Source of the DNA: Candidatus Poribacteria bacterium
Lineage (GTDB): Bacteria; Poribacteria; WGA-4E; WGA-3G
Length of the DNA stretch: 64,000 nucleotides
NCBI GenBank assembly: GCA_965214095.1
Contig: OZ243938.1
Location: 352,001-416,000, forward strand
Direction: 5' to 3'
The position numbers and the translations under genes are program-made. Positions 1 through 10,887 of the stretch are shown here, piece by piece (positions within the stretch are counted from its first letter, which is position 1; every line of letters begins with the position of its first letter). The notes beneath the pieces were generated by a model that was given only the letters and a program-made list of their open reading frames with translations, was not told the DNA's origin and made no database searches.

Positions 1-2030
1 CAAGCAGTGGTTGGGGCATAGAGATATTTTCATTGACTCCTACCCCAATTCTAATCGGAGAAATTGCCACACCAGGACATGCACAAGCACTGACTCTTGA
101 TGAAGAACATATATTTGTCGCAGACGGTAGAACAGGTGTTCTGATGATTGAGGCTGATCCTCCATCCACACCACGGATTATAAAATCATTGGGCGGATTT
201 CATGATGCAAGGGATGTACATTTTGCTGACGAGAAACTATATGCCCTTGATGCCCTACGCGGTCTATTGATATTCAACAAGCAGGATTTAGAAAAAAACG
301 ACAAACCACAGCCCCGCCAATCTTTTAAAACGGATGGCACTCCACTAAAGGTATCAACAAGCGATGAAGGGAAAATATATCTTAGTGATAATGCAAGGGG
401 GCTATACATTCTGACACCTGATAACCTTGGTGGATTCACAATATCAAACACCGTTCCGTTACTTATTCCAGATTTTCATGTTCTAGGGACATTTGTCCTT
501 GCTGCATCAGGTGATCTACAAGTTGTGAATATGGCAAATGTTTTTGATACAAATATCATTTCTCGTGCTAATACGCCTGGTAATGTGACTTCAATTAACT
601 TCTTTCAAGGATTACTGTATTTAACCGATAGACAGTCGGGACTGCTTGTTATAAATGTGGATAACACCCAAACACCTCGTGTGATTTCATCACATCCGAG
701 TATCGGTAATGCCGAAGATATTGCCCTCCGATATTCAGTTGAGGATAAGAAAACATACGCTCATATAGCAGATGGCATCGGTGGGATACAGACGCTTGAT
801 GTCTCACTACCAGAAAAACCGATATGGGAAAACCATTATAATGCTAAAGGTACTGCTTATGCCCTTGATGTAATAGACAATGGAGAAAACAAAACTGTTG
901 CTATAGCAAACGGGACTGGTGGTATAAGAATTGCGGAAATGGATGGACCATTTACGGGCAAAATTGTTAACGAAATCCGTTCTATTCCAGGTGAACAAGG
1001 AGCATTATGTATCAAAATACTCGACCAATTTGCCTATGTCGGTTCTGATAGAGGTCTGTCGGTAGTAAGTATTGTTACAGGAGAAATCCTGACACATATT
1101 CGCACGCAACATCCGGTATGGGATTTAGCATTGATCCAGAATTATGTATACCTATGTACTAGATCTCTTATTGTTGTAGACAATTCAATTCCAGAGCAGA
1201 GTCATATCGTTTCACAACGGACAGTTCCAGGTACAGCATACAGAATTACCAATGATGAATCTCATGCCTACATAGCAGCACTTGAAGGCGGTGTTCAAGT
1301 GTTTGATATATCTGAACCTAACCAGCCGCGCCACATAACTTCTTTCGCAACAGTTGGTTCTGCTACAAATGTAGTTATTGACAGTAAGAGACTTTTTGTA
1401 TTAGACAATCAAAATGGTGTGCTTCAGATAGATACGCAAAATCCTGACCAACTCTCATTAATTGATGAATTTAATGATACGCAATTGCCTATTGCTGCTG
1501 TAGTAAGCGATAATTATCTATATCTACTTGACATCGATACACTCCAAATTATTGACACACGGACTATGACACGTCTGACAAGATATTCACAATTTCAATC
1601 GCCTACCGACATTATATCAATGGATTCTGCCCTATATGTTACCGACAAACACCAACTCAAGATCTTTCGGATAAATACCGAACGTAATAACCTTGCAGTT
1701 GAAGAAAATCCCAAAAATTACGCAAAACAGACAACACAAATTTCGTTAATACAAAAAAATGAAGTACTACAGAACTATCCAAACCCTTTCAATCCTGAAA
1801 CCTGGATTCCCTATACACTTGCCACACCTACCGATGTGTCTCTCTCAATTTATGATTCTAATGGACATCTAATTCTACAAGAATCATTAGGATTTCACCA
1901 ATCAGGAAAAAACATCGCCTTTTGGGATGGAAATAATGCACTTGGGGAACCAGTCGCAAGTGGAATCTACTTTTACAAGTTGACTACTAAGGAGTTTTCA
2001 ACAATGAAAAAAATGGTTTTGCAACGGTAG
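1..2030 (+). CDS. LVIVD-repeat beta-propeller protein with C-terminal T9SS-type-A/FlgD-Ig-like domain (5' partial)
   Basis: Repeated units such as YAYIAALEGGVQVFDISEPNQP; C-terminal LQNYPNPFNPETWIPY...WDG...VASGIYFYKL. The frame is open from the window start, so the true start lies upstream. Confidence 0.85.
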   Translation, partial: SSGWGIEIFSLTPTPILIGEIATPGHAQALTLDEEHIFVADGRTGVLMIEADPPSTPRIIKSLGGFHDARDVHFADEKLYALDALRGLLIFNKQDLEKNDKPQPRQSFKTDGTPLKVSTSDEGKIYLSDNARGLYILTPDNLGGFTISNTVPLLIPDFHVLGTFVLAASGDLQVVNMANVFDTNIISRANTPGNVTSINFFQGLLYLTDRQSGLLVINVDNTQTPRVISSHPSIGNAEDIALRYSVEDKKTYAHIADGIGGIQTLDVSLPEKPIWENHYNAKGTAYALDVIDNGENKTVAIANGTGGIRIAEMDGPFTGKIVNEIRSIPGEQGALCIKILDQFAYVGSDRGLSVVSIVTGEILTHIRTQHPVWDLALIQNYVYLCTRSLIVVDNSIPEQSHIVSQRTVPGTAYRITNDESHAYIAALEGGVQVFDISEPNQPRHITSFATVGSATNVVIDSKRLFVLDNQNGVLQIDTQNPDQLSLIDEFNDTQLPIAAVVSDNYLYLLDIDTLQIIDTRTMTRLTRYSQFQSPTDIISMDSALYVTDKHQLKIFRINTERNNLAVEENPKNYAKQTTQISLIQKNEVLQNYPNPFNPETWIPYTLATPTDVSLSIYDSNGHLILQESLGFHQSGKNIAFWDGNNALGEPVASGIYFYKLTTKEFSTMKKMVLQR

Positions 2031-2374
2031 GATAGGTGAAAAGTCTACTAAGACTTAGTGTTTCAACCTATGGCATATAACCTTGTATACTGAACATCCA
2101 TGTAACCCTGTAATAATTGTAAACGTTAAAATGCATAGAATGGAATATAGTTTATTCACATAAATACTTAGTAAATTAAATGTTTCCTCAGTGCAAGTTA
2201 GACATTTTGATGTCGTTCTTACAACGTTTACATGCTATTTCTCCGAACGGAAATAATTAAAATTGGGTAGGTTAGTATTACCGTTTGTCATGGCTTTCAA
2301 TCTGTTTAATAGTTAACGCGCAGATAAGACCAATAATATATGCATAATCAGAATCTGTCAAAGGAGATAATCGG

Positions 2375-4039
2375 ATGGTAACGAACAGTGTATCGGGAAG
2401 TTTTAGAGGCATAGAGATTAATTTTATCAACAACGGACCTCATATCGTTATGAGTGTTCTAAATACAACAGATGAAGGTAAACGACTTCGTGTGATGTTT
2501 CAACAACAGCCAAGAAGTGGACGTGTTAATTGGACAACCTTTCAGTTAACAGGTCAAACCCAAGAAGTGATTGTCCCATCAGAGGTCATGCAATCGCACA
2601 AATTAGCATTTTATGTTGACGATCATGAACCGATTGCCACATATACAGATAAAATTATAGAAGAATTAAAGCAGATACAGGAAAACAGTAACTTGGAGAA
2701 TACTCCTAATGCATCTGTGCCAGAATTGGAACAGCAAACCCCTTTACTTACCAAAAATGATGGAACTGATACTCTAATTAACAACACAGATTCTCTAAAC
2801 AGTACAACTGATTCTCATGCAGATGACATCGATAATCCAATAATTGAGGCAAAAACTGATCAAACTAATTTGCACATATCTGATTCCGTTGAAACAGACC
2901 TAACAGATACAAAGGCAGATGATCTTGAGCAAAATGGAATAGCTCAGAAAGATACAGATACTTCCTCAACAACAACTGAGAATATTAACACTGCGGGTAT
3001 TTCTAATGGTTCTCAAATGAAGGAGCAGGTTGACTTAAAAGATCGGTTACTATCTGAATTGACACTTGATACATCAACAAATGGAAACCGTAAAACGAAT
3101 AGCACCAATAGACCTGTTGCTGATGTAAATACTGAACTACAATTTAGAATTAAGGTCCCATCTCTGCCTAAGAGCGCATCAAAGGAAAAACCAACATTTG
3201 TTCCAACGCAATCAGTACAACTAACAGGAACTAAACATCAGAAACAGGGATTTTTTGGAAATTTGGCTGGAGCATTCGGACTATCGTTTGCAAATAAGAA
3301 GCAATTCTATTTGGAGCAAAACAAACATTTGCACGAAAGATTTCATGCTGATTTGGAAAAAATAGAGAATGACTACAACAATGGTTATGGTATTCCACTT
3401 GAATCTTGGAATATAGAAGCGTTAAATGAACAACAAGCAGCAGTTTTTCTGTTAAATCTTATGGTCAATGAGATAAGTGATTGGAAGAAGGATGCTAAGA
3501 AAGCAAATTCAACTAAAAAAACACTCGCTATATCTCTTGAGGAGATTGAAAAGGAACTCAAACAAACCTTGAAACACACCAGAGGTATAAATGCACCTTC
3601 ACCCACACTGTTTCCAGATAGAAACGCCGCCTCTGATCAAGATTTGGAACGCATCCAAAAAGACTGTGATAGTTACATACAACGTTTCTCGGAAAAATTA
3701 TCTACACTTGAACAGAAACACGCGGAAAAAGTCAGAATTCCGGCATTCAAAAAGTTCCTATTGGAATTTGTACGTGATAGATTATTTCCCACAGTCGCAG
3801 AATTTACTACGCTTAAATCAGTACAGACAAGGTTAAGCTGGTTTCTTGATTTAGTTGACTATGAACTAATGCCGATTGAGCCGGGGGTAACCAAGTTTTC
3901 TCCAGACATCCATGAACTTAAAGATGTATGCAGCAGTGATTTTGATCCTGATACCATCGTTGAAGTTGTCACACCTGGTTTACAATTGAAGGGTGGGAAA
4001 CGGATAGTACAGAACGCCGTTGTGATTCAAGCGGAGTAA
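2375..4039 (+). CDS. Hypothetical protein with low-complexity linker, coiled coil and C-terminal GrpE-like beta domain
   Basis: AAGGAG RBS; C-terminus IEPGVTKFSPDIHE...DTIVEVVTPGLQL..KRIVQNAVV resembles the GrpE F-DP-HEA...V.V...GY....R..V pattern. Confidence 0.6.
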   Translation: MVTNSVSGSFRGIEINFINNGPHIVMSVLNTTDEGKRLRVMFQQQPRSGRVNWTTFQLTGQTQEVIVPSEVMQSHKLAFYVDDHEPIATYTDKIIEELKQIQENSNLENTPNASVPELEQQTPLLTKNDGTDTLINNTDSLNSTTDSHADDIDNPIIEAKTDQTNLHISDSVETDLTDTKADDLEQNGIAQKDTDTSSTTTENINTAGISNGSQMKEQVDLKDRLLSELTLDTSTNGNRKTNSTNRPVADVNTELQFRIKVPSLPKSASKEKPTFVPTQSVQLTGTKHQKQGFFGNLAGAFGLSFANKKQFYLEQNKHLHERFHADLEKIENDYNNGYGIPLESWNIEALNEQQAAVFLLNLMVNEISDWKKDAKKANSTKKTLAISLEEIEKELKQTLKHTRGINAPSPTLFPDRNAASDQDLERIQKDCDSYIQRFSEKLSTLEQKHAEKVRIPAFKKFLLEFVRDRLFPTVAEFTTLKSVQTRLSWFLDLVDYELMPIEPGVTKFSPDIHELKDVCSSDFDPDTIVEVVTPGLQLKGGKRIVQNAVVIQAE

Positions 4040-4042
4040 CAC

Positions 4043-5056
4043 GTGATTACCCGACAAGCTCTTCTACAAAGAATTGCAAAAATCCCACAAGTTGATATAG
4101 GACATTTTCCAACGCCTCTTGAGGAGTGTCCGCGTCTATCTGACGAACTTGGCGGTCCACGCATTTATATCAAGCGCGAAGACTGTTCTGGTTTGGCTAT
4201 GGGTGGAAACAAAGTCCGTCAACTGACTTTTACAATTGGAGATGCAGTTTCACAAGGTGCTGATACAATCGTTCATGGGGCAGCATCTCAATCCAATCAT
4301 TGCCGACAAGCTGCCGCAGCTTGCAATAAACTCGGATTAAATTGTTACCTACGCCTTGCACGAGATCATAAGAGTACCAACCAGGGCAACCTTCTTTTGG
4401 ATAATCTGTTTGGTGCTGATGTAGAGATCGTAGACCTTCCGTTTGGTCCTGAATTAGAAGAATCTAAACTTGAACTTGCTGAGGAGTTAAAGTCAGAAGG
4501 TTTAAAACCTTATGTCGTTACTTCACCTCGTTCAACGGCACTTGCAGCAGTTGCTTTCACTTGGTGTATCGCAGAAATACACGAGCAACAAGAACATAAG
4601 GGAATAGAGGCAGATTATCTATACACTGCATCGGTCGGTGGTACACAAGCAGGATTGGTGTTAGGATCGAAAGTTCTGGATATGAAACTAAAACCTTACG
4701 GAATTGCTCCAATCCATTGGGAGGGGAAATATGACCGTATAAGCAACGCTGCGAATTCAGCTGCATCACTATTAGAGATTGATATAAATATCTTGAATAC
4801 AGATATACAAAATAGTGATGATTATATTGGAGAAGGATACGGCTATCTCACGCCAGAGTGCATCTCGGCACTTAAATTGGTTGCAAGGACAGAAGGAATT
4901 ATTCTTGATCCAGTCTATACTGCCAAAGCGATGGCTTGTTTAATTCAACATATCAAACAGAACAAATTTGATAAAAACGATACTGTAATCTTTCTACATA
5001 CTGGAGGAACACCAGCCCTCTTTGCATATAATGATGAACTATCTGATGATGTTTAA
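4043..5056 (+). CDS. D-cysteine desulfhydrase / ACC deaminase family PLP enzyme
   Basis: PTPLE, KREDCSGLAMGGNKVR, QSNH, LDPVYTAKA and FLHTGG motifs. Confidence 0.9.
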   Translation: MITRQALLQRIAKIPQVDIGHFPTPLEECPRLSDELGGPRIYIKREDCSGLAMGGNKVRQLTFTIGDAVSQGADTIVHGAASQSNHCRQAAAACNKLGLNCYLRLARDHKSTNQGNLLLDNLFGADVEIVDLPFGPELEESKLELAEELKSEGLKPYVVTSPRSTALAAVAFTWCIAEIHEQQEHKGIEADYLYTASVGGTQAGLVLGSKVLDMKLKPYGIAPIHWEGKYDRISNAANSAASLLEIDINILNTDIQNSDDYIGEGYGYLTPECISALKLVARTEGIILDPVYTAKAMACLIQHIKQNKFDKNDTVIFLHTGGTPALFAYNDELSDDV

Positions 5057-5071
5057 ATTAGGTAATGAACG

Positions 5072-5854
5072 TTAAGTTCTTTTTTCATAATGAACAAATT
5101 CATCCGATTCCAATCTTACAGACTCCCCTTTCTCCAAATCCATATACCCCAATCTTAATAGTGTCATGACTTCATAGTATTCCGGAATATTAAAGTGTTT
5201 GCGTATGCTATCTCGATCCGTTTCACTTTCTAATGGAGCACTGACAAATTGCACGCCAATTCCGAGGGCTGTCGCTCCCAGAAGCATATTCTGAATCAAC
5301 ATTCCCATACTTAACCACATCCATCTGCTTGCACCTTCGCCAGGGGGTTTTCTTTGTGTATTCATCGTAATTAATATTAACAAAGGAGCTTCACGCACTT
5401 GGGTTGCTATCTCATTTGCTGGCAACTTTCCTGCACCTAAATGTCCCAATATTGTCAATGATTTGGCTCTCTTTAACAATGATTTTAAAAGACTACCAGT
5501 TAGTTTCTTTGGCGCATTCTGTAACATCTTTGGTAATGTGACATGGTCAGTTAATAGAACTCCATCCCCACGTTCTTTCCATTCCGTTTCATCTATACAC
5601 ATCCAATTACTATTATCGTCCAAAAACTGAGAATCTTTGAACTGTTCAACAATGGCTTGTTCAGTCATATTTGCAAGTACTTCTTTTCCCTTAAATTCCT
5701 TGATAATTAGTAATTCCCACGGTTGTACATTAAAGGGAGAAGGAGTCCAACGAGCTGCCTCAATTATACGATTCAAGTCAGCATCCTCAATTGGACGATC
5801 CGCGTATTCTCCACGATAACTCCTGCGTTGCATAATGGCTTCAAATACGTTCAT
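5072..5854 (-). CDS. Nitroreductase family protein
   Basis: RRSYR, ARWTPSPFNVQPW, QNMLLGATALGIG. Start moved to ATG 5854 (MNVFEAI), which overlaps the upstream gene end. Confidence 0.85.
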   Translation of the reverse strand: MNVFEAIMQRRSYRGEYADRPIEDADLNRIIEAARWTPSPFNVQPWELLIIKEFKGKEVLANMTEQAIVEQFKDSQFLDDNSNWMCIDETEWKERGDGVLLTDHVTLPKMLQNAPKKLTGSLLKSLLKRAKSLTILGHLGAGKLPANEIATQVREAPLLILITMNTQRKPPGEGASRWMWLSMGMLIQNMLLGATALGIGVQFVSAPLESETDRDSIRKHFNIPEYYEVMTLLRLGYMDLEKGESVRLESDEFVHYEKRT

Positions 5855-6899
5855 TCTGATTCCTATATCTTTCCAGAATCTCATCTGGGTTGGCAACGCC
5901 AGTAGTTCCAATTTTTGTAATTGTTATTGATGCAACCAAGTTTCCAACATAAGCAGCTTCAACTGCATTCTCTTTCCCCATACTACAAAGTGTTGATACT
6001 ATTCCTGCTGAAACACTATCTCCTGCACCTACAGGATCAATCTTTTCATCAATCTCTATTCCTGGAATATGTGTAAGTTGATCGTTCTGATTGACAAGAA
6101 GTCCATTTTCACCAAGTGTTATGAATATTGTATCTTGCGTTTTCTCAGCAAGTTTTTTCGCACAAGTTTTGGCACTCATTAAATCGACATTTTTTCCATC
6201 CCAATGTGGATCAAGGGCTCGTTGTGCTTCAAAACGATTCGGTTTTATGATTACGTTCTGATATTTTCCAATACGGTTCCTTGAGTCTGCGAGAAACATC
6301 TTCTCTGGATATGATGCAGCTAACATACACAATTCTTCACGGACTCTTTCAGTGATGACACCGTAATTCTCATGTGCCATCTGATCTCCAATGATAATAC
6401 CATCTACATTTGGGATACATGCATATAATGAATTGAGTATCTCTTTTTCTACCTTTTCTGACATTGGATTTCTGTTTTCAATATCAAAACGCGGTCCTTC
6501 GTTTTCTATATCTTCATAGCCACGATGGATCGGTTTCAAATATGTCGGTGTTACACATTTAGGATCAGAAATCATATAATCTGTAATACAACCACTTTCA
6601 TTTAACTCTTTTAGTAAAGTTTGTCCAAAACCATCTTCTCCGATAACACCGAGGGTATAGACCTGTCCTACACCCAATGCCTTTAAGTTATTTGTGACAG
6701 TTCCTGCTGCCCCCGGACTATATCGTTGGTCAATCACCGGATTCGTATGCCATGGTGTTTCTAATGATAGTGTTGAACGGGTTTTGTCTATATACCAATA
6801 GGCATCCAGATAGAAATCACCGATTACAAGGATCCTTACATCTTTAAATCCTGATAATAGAGATTGTAGTTCCTCAACTGTTAGCAAATTGCACTCCAA
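5841..6899 (-). CDS. PfkB-family sugar kinase (HldE/RfaE kinase-domain-like)
   Basis: LVIGDFYLDAY, PGAAGTV, KPNRFEA, ITLGENG, DPVGAGDS. Likely TTG start at 6887. Confidence 0.85.
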   Translation of the reverse strand: MECNLLTVEELQSLLSGFKDVRILVIGDFYLDAYWYIDKTRSTLSLETPWHTNPVIDQRYSPGAAGTVTNNLKALGVGQVYTLGVIGEDGFGQTLLKELNESGCITDYMISDPKCVTPTYLKPIHRGYEDIENEGPRFDIENRNPMSEKVEKEILNSLYACIPNVDGIIIGDQMAHENYGVITERVREELCMLAASYPEKMFLADSRNRIGKYQNVIIKPNRFEAQRALDPHWDGKNVDLMSAKTCAKKLAEKTQDTIFITLGENGLLVNQNDQLTHIPGIEIDEKIDPVGAGDSVSAGIVSTLCSMGKENAVEAAYVGNLVASITITKIGTTGVANPDEILERYRNQNERI

Positions 6900-7318
6900 A
6901 TCTTTGCATTCTCAATTTATCCTTTATTATATCACAATCCTTGTTCTGTTGAATGCAAAAATGCAAGGTTATTTTACGTAGGAGAGAACTCCGATTCCAG
7001 ACAGTCTACTCCTTATTCGGAGTTGCTTTTTCTGATGGATTCTGATACAATAGTTGGATAAGCGAGAACATCTGAAAAGCAACTCACTTTTTTGTCTTCA
7101 GTTAGGGGTAAATACCCCCTAACTTCTTACCAATATTATACTACATAAACTCTGTCTACACAAGGGTTAATTACACTCCTTTAAACATTTTTATTCAAGT
7201 CCAAAACAACTAATTCCGAATAGTATTTTCACAAAACACAGAAGGGTATAGGTTAACACCCTTCTATAAACAACCTGATTGCATATTGTGATCAGAAGTC
7301 CATAAAGAGGAGTTCTTA

Positions 7319-8005
7319 ATGAAAAACGTTAGATGTAAATCAAAGAAAATCGGATCGATTCTACCAATTTCTGGTTTTATTTTCCTTACTTTACTTGTCT
7401 TGTCTATATTTCCTGCTTTTGCCACTGATTTTGAGTTTGGAACACAATTCAGTATATCTCGGATTGTTCCTGAAGATGATAGTGATGATTACTCAAGCAG
7501 TATTACCTATACTCAAATACCTTCCTCACTTTTATATATTGGTTCTTCTCCAACTGCGCTTTATGCCACCTGGTTTCCGAGCACTCAGTTTGCTATTGGA
7601 CCGGAATTCAGTTTAGGAAGAATGTCGGTTTCTGCAGAGTATTTTGGAGAATCGGAAACCGAAAGCATAACAACACTCTATCTCGGTGGTCGAGCAGCGT
7701 ACTTTCTACAGAGCCATACAATGTCTAATCCTTACGTCCTTGGGCGGGTGTCAATAAATATGCTTAGTGATGAAGACGGTTTCTTTTTTGGCGAAGATAG
7801 GACCTTGACAAACTTGGGAATCGGTCTTGGTTATCAGTGGCGTATAGGACATGCTTTCGTGCTAAGGACAGAGGCGCAGTATCAACGTGTGTTCGTAGCA
7901 GATGATGTAGATGAAGATGCTAATGAATTCTCATTGATAATTGGACTTGGTACTCGGTTCGGAAATGGTAAATCCAGCACCCCTGAAGTACCAAACACAC
8001 AATAA
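7319..8005 (+). CDS. Secreted outer-membrane beta-barrel-like protein
   Basis: Signal peptide ending AFA; alternating beta-strand pattern (NPYVLGRV, GIGLGYQW, VLRTEAQYQR, IGLGTRF); GAGGAG RBS. Confidence 0.65.
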   Translation: MKNVRCKSKKIGSILPISGFIFLTLLVLSIFPAFATDFEFGTQFSISRIVPEDDSDDYSSSITYTQIPSSLLYIGSSPTALYATWFPSTQFAIGPEFSLGRMSVSAEYFGESETESITTLYLGGRAAYFLQSHTMSNPYVLGRVSINMLSDEDGFFFGEDRTLTNLGIGLGYQWRIGHAFVLRTEAQYQRVFVADDVDEDANEFSLIIGLGTRFGNGKSSTPEVPNTQ

Positions 8006-8040
8006 CGATTTTACTGCAACACGGAAGTAATCCTTCCACA

Positions 8041-8090
8041 GTTTATAGAAAAGTGGGTACAAGTCACTTCTCTATAAACTTTTTTTGTTT
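8041..8090 (+). terminator. Rho-independent terminator
   Basis: gtttatagaaaagtg / cacttctctataaac stem followed by a T-tract, downstream of 8005. Confidence 0.7.
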
Positions 8091-8474
8091 AACGTAAGTT
8101 TGATAAATGTATAATCTTGCGAACCACGTTTACATTTGATGTCCTTGAAGTTGAAGAGTCAGACATTTCAATTCTTGGTTGTTATGTGGTAGATTCCAAA
8201 TCACTCCTATCCTCGCGTTGACACCAACGCCACGGTCAACCCGCACCCCACACATATAAATATTCTATTGAAAACCGTTCTATGTGCAATTGAGAACAGT
8301 CGTTGTAGGGGCAGGGTTACCCTGCCCGCCTGTCTTCTCAGCGAGGGAGAACCAACAGATTCACCTAAATCGTAGGGGTAGGGTTACCCTGCCCGCCTGT
8401 CTTCTCTCAAAACGATACAGATCTCGTTAATATGATGACTGTGATGCTCCTTGTCCAGAGCACTGTTCAAACTA
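8091..8474. mobile_element. Non-autonomous element containing two GTAG REP-like hairpins (8305-8339, 8372-8406)
   Basis: Direct repeat gtagggg(c/t)agggttaccctgcccgcctgtcttctc; 8435-8459 is identical to 16001-16025; right end TGTTCAAACTA|TA resembles 16050-16060; left end aacgtaagtttga. Confidence 0.55.
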
Positions 8475-8487
8475 TAGCAAAAAATAG

Positions 8488-8892
8488 AATTATAAGGTTA
8501 TTGTAGTATCATCTTCGTTTACATGGAGAGGACCAGGAGCAGTGACGTGAACACCGATCTTTTGGGCACAGTGGTGCTACACATTAATATGGACCTATGC
8601 ACAGGCCGATGTATATCCTTCTGTAGTTGACCTTCAAAGCGAAACGCGATTCTCCGTATACTCTGGATATGCCTCTGCATATGCTAGGGTTGGGGATAGG
8701 TCTGAATGTGAATCTGGTCCTATCTGGATTAGAATCACTGCATATGGAAAAGCAAATGGAACTGTGATAAACGGATCCTATGACAGTGGGGGGTATTCTG
8801 TCAGAGCGGCTGATGTAATTACTGAGGATGATGATAGAATCTCGGTAGATGCTAGCGGTTACATTTATAGGGCTTACACACCTGGAGAATAG
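8488..8892 (+). pseudogene. Degraded ORF missing from the ORF track
   Basis: Stop-free frame 8551-8892 with no usable start; in-frame TAG 8485 and TGA 8548 upstream; 5' end abuts the repeat element. Confidence 0.4.
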
Positions 8893-8901
8893 GTATATTC
8901 T

Positions 8902-9759
8902 GTGTTTTCTGTGATTCAGAATGTTCTCTTGTCTGAATCACAGAAGGTTCAGATGTGGACATCTGATATATTTGGACTTCCACCTACCAATGACTGGCAA
9001 ACATTTAAATCTGCTTTCATTGAGAGGAAAATTTGGGAATACGAGCAATTTCGATCTGCAATACAAGCGGATTCTGAGGTAGACGGAGGGTTTTTTACCG
9101 GACCTGATAAACGGAAGTTTCTACCAGCTAAACCCGGTCGTATTTATGTCAAAAGAAAGGAAATGGCAATTGTATTAATCGGGGAAAAACTAGATGATGC
9201 ATTAGCAGACACACTTTTCTATGAAGGCATCCATCCAGAAGGATATGAAATCATCTATATTGATGATAACGGTGACCGTCTAACAGAAAATTCACTACCT
9301 ATGCTTGATGATCAGGATGCGTATGCAAAAAATTCACTGTCGTTACAAGAGAGGATTCCATTAGAAACACAGAATACCGAAGATGTTTTGCAAACTGATG
9401 GAATGGATATCGAAGAAAAGTTGGTTGTGAAACAACAAAACAAAGTAAACGAACCTACAACACTCATTGAGAAAGGCTTTCAGTTGTTTTTAGATTCACT
9501 GAGTGATAACGAACTCGTTGAATTTGAAAAGATGCTAACTGAAGAGTTCCAAGAATTTACTCGAAAAGACGAGATCTCTGATGCACAGATAGAAACTGAC
9601 TTCAATGAACTGTTTACACCGGCAAGGCTAAGCCGCGCTAAAGAAATCTTGGATCGATCTGAACCTAAAGAGGGAATTAGTATACTTCTTAGCAAGGACC
9701 CCCAATTCGTTACGCAGATGAATGAATATCTCCTACGCAGAAAAAGATCAAAAAAATGA
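8902..9759 (+). CDS. Hypothetical protein
   Basis: 285-aa ORF coupled by ATGA overlap to the next gene; start uncertain. Confidence 0.6.
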   Translation: MFSVIQNVLLSESQKVQMWTSDIFGLPPTNDWQTFKSAFIERKIWEYEQFRSAIQADSEVDGGFFTGPDKRKFLPAKPGRIYVKRKEMAIVLIGEKLDDALADTLFYEGIHPEGYEIIYIDDNGDRLTENSLPMLDDQDAYAKNSLSLQERIPLETQNTEDVLQTDGMDIEEKLVVKQQNKVNEPTTLIEKGFQLFLDSLSDNELVEFEKMLTEEFQEFTRKDEISDAQIETDFNELFTPARLSRAKEILDRSEPKEGISILLSKDPQFVTQMNEYLLRRKRSKK

Positions 9760-10610
9760 AGCAATTTTACTCACTAAGACTTTTTACCTTCTTTCTATTT
9801 ATGTGTATGTTAATATTTTTTAGTTGCACAGAAAAACAGACAGATCGATTGATAATTCGAGAGGAATCTGATGATCAGAAACGTTGGAATCACATTTATG
9901 ATGAAGAGAATGTCATCATATTGCCACTCCCTGAAGTGACACATACGAAATTATTTGCTGAACTTTCCCAACTCAGACAACAATTCCCAGGCAATCTTTT
10001 AGATGAAAACTTTCATATCCTCCGAATTCTCACTTCCTCACAAAACTATATTTCGTATTTAACTAAGACAATCACCAGAGACAAACATTTTGAGACGCTT
10101 GAAGAGTTTTGGAAATTACAACCACCCGATACCAATCAAATCCGCTTATTGTTTGATGGTCTCCTTGAAAACCCTGACGCTGAACAGATTACTTACGTAC
10201 ATTTTGGAATTCTATCTTGGCAATGCAACACATTGGACACTCTCATAAACCAAAATTTGCAGAGCAAATGTGGGATAAATCCTTTTTCTACCAATCTTAG
10301 GTTCAAACTATCTCCCGCCCTTCAAAACTCAATTTATTTTGGATATCATCAAAATCTTTGGGATTTGGCACCAGGTGAAAAATGGGGAGAACCTTGGATT
10401 GAAGATCTTCAGAATCGATATCAAAGGTATGCTGAAAAAACCGTTCACATTAATAGCAAAAAAATACGCGGTTTTTTCAGTGTATATGGTGTTAACAACG
10501 GTCTCTTATGGTTAGCAATACAGGATCCAGATCTTGTAGGTTTCGTCCTCAGCAACTTTACAAATGAAGACCTATTTCAGTGTTGGATTAATTGTTTATC
10601 AGTAGAATAA
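9756..10610 (+). CDS. Hypothetical lipoprotein
   Basis: Basic N-terminus, hydrophobic stretch and lipobox-like IFFSC. Confidence 0.6.
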   Translation: MKQFYSLRLFTFFLFMCMLIFFSCTEKQTDRLIIREESDDQKRWNHIYDEENVIILPLPEVTHTKLFAELSQLRQQFPGNLLDENFHILRILTSSQNYISYLTKTITRDKHFETLEEFWKLQPPDTNQIRLLFDGLLENPDAEQITYVHFGILSWQCNTLDTLINQNLQSKCGINPFSTNLRFKLSPALQNSIYFGYHQNLWDLAPGEKWGEPWIEDLQNRYQRYAEKTVHINSKKIRGFFSVYGVNNGLLWLAIQDPDLVGFVLSNFTNEDLFQCWINCLSVE

Positions 10611-10634
10611 TTAGATCGTAATATACACTCTAAT

Positions 10635-10886
10635 TTATCCTCTTTGTAGCGTCTCAGGAACTAACCAAAGGAAGATAATGACTGCTAAGTAGCCAATTCC
10701 ACCTAAAGCGAATCCAGAATACCCCAATCCAAAAAGCTCCGCGATATTGCCGACAACGACAGGTCCTGCTGCCCCTCCAAAATCTCCAGTGAGTCTCCAC
10801 AACCCAAGAAATTCCCCTACTCCATCAGTTAGTGCTAAATCTGCACCGAGTGTCATCATCGTTCCCGATGCAATTCCATTACCAAC
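10635..10886 (-). pseudogene. 3' fragment of an MFS transporter
   Basis: GNGIASGTMMTLGADL...FLGLWRLTGDFGGAAGP...LVPETL is a typical MFS C-terminal half; 5' part absent. Confidence 0.75.
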
Positions 10887-10887
10887 G

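Noticed and set aside
2071-2087. TGGCATATAACCTTGTA as a sigma54 promoter
   Set aside because: Spacing and the -12 GC do not match the consensus.
8305-8406. Two ~35-bp direct repeats with a ~32-bp gap as a mini-CRISPR
   Set aside because: GTAG-led REP-type palindrome with only two units inside a repeat element.
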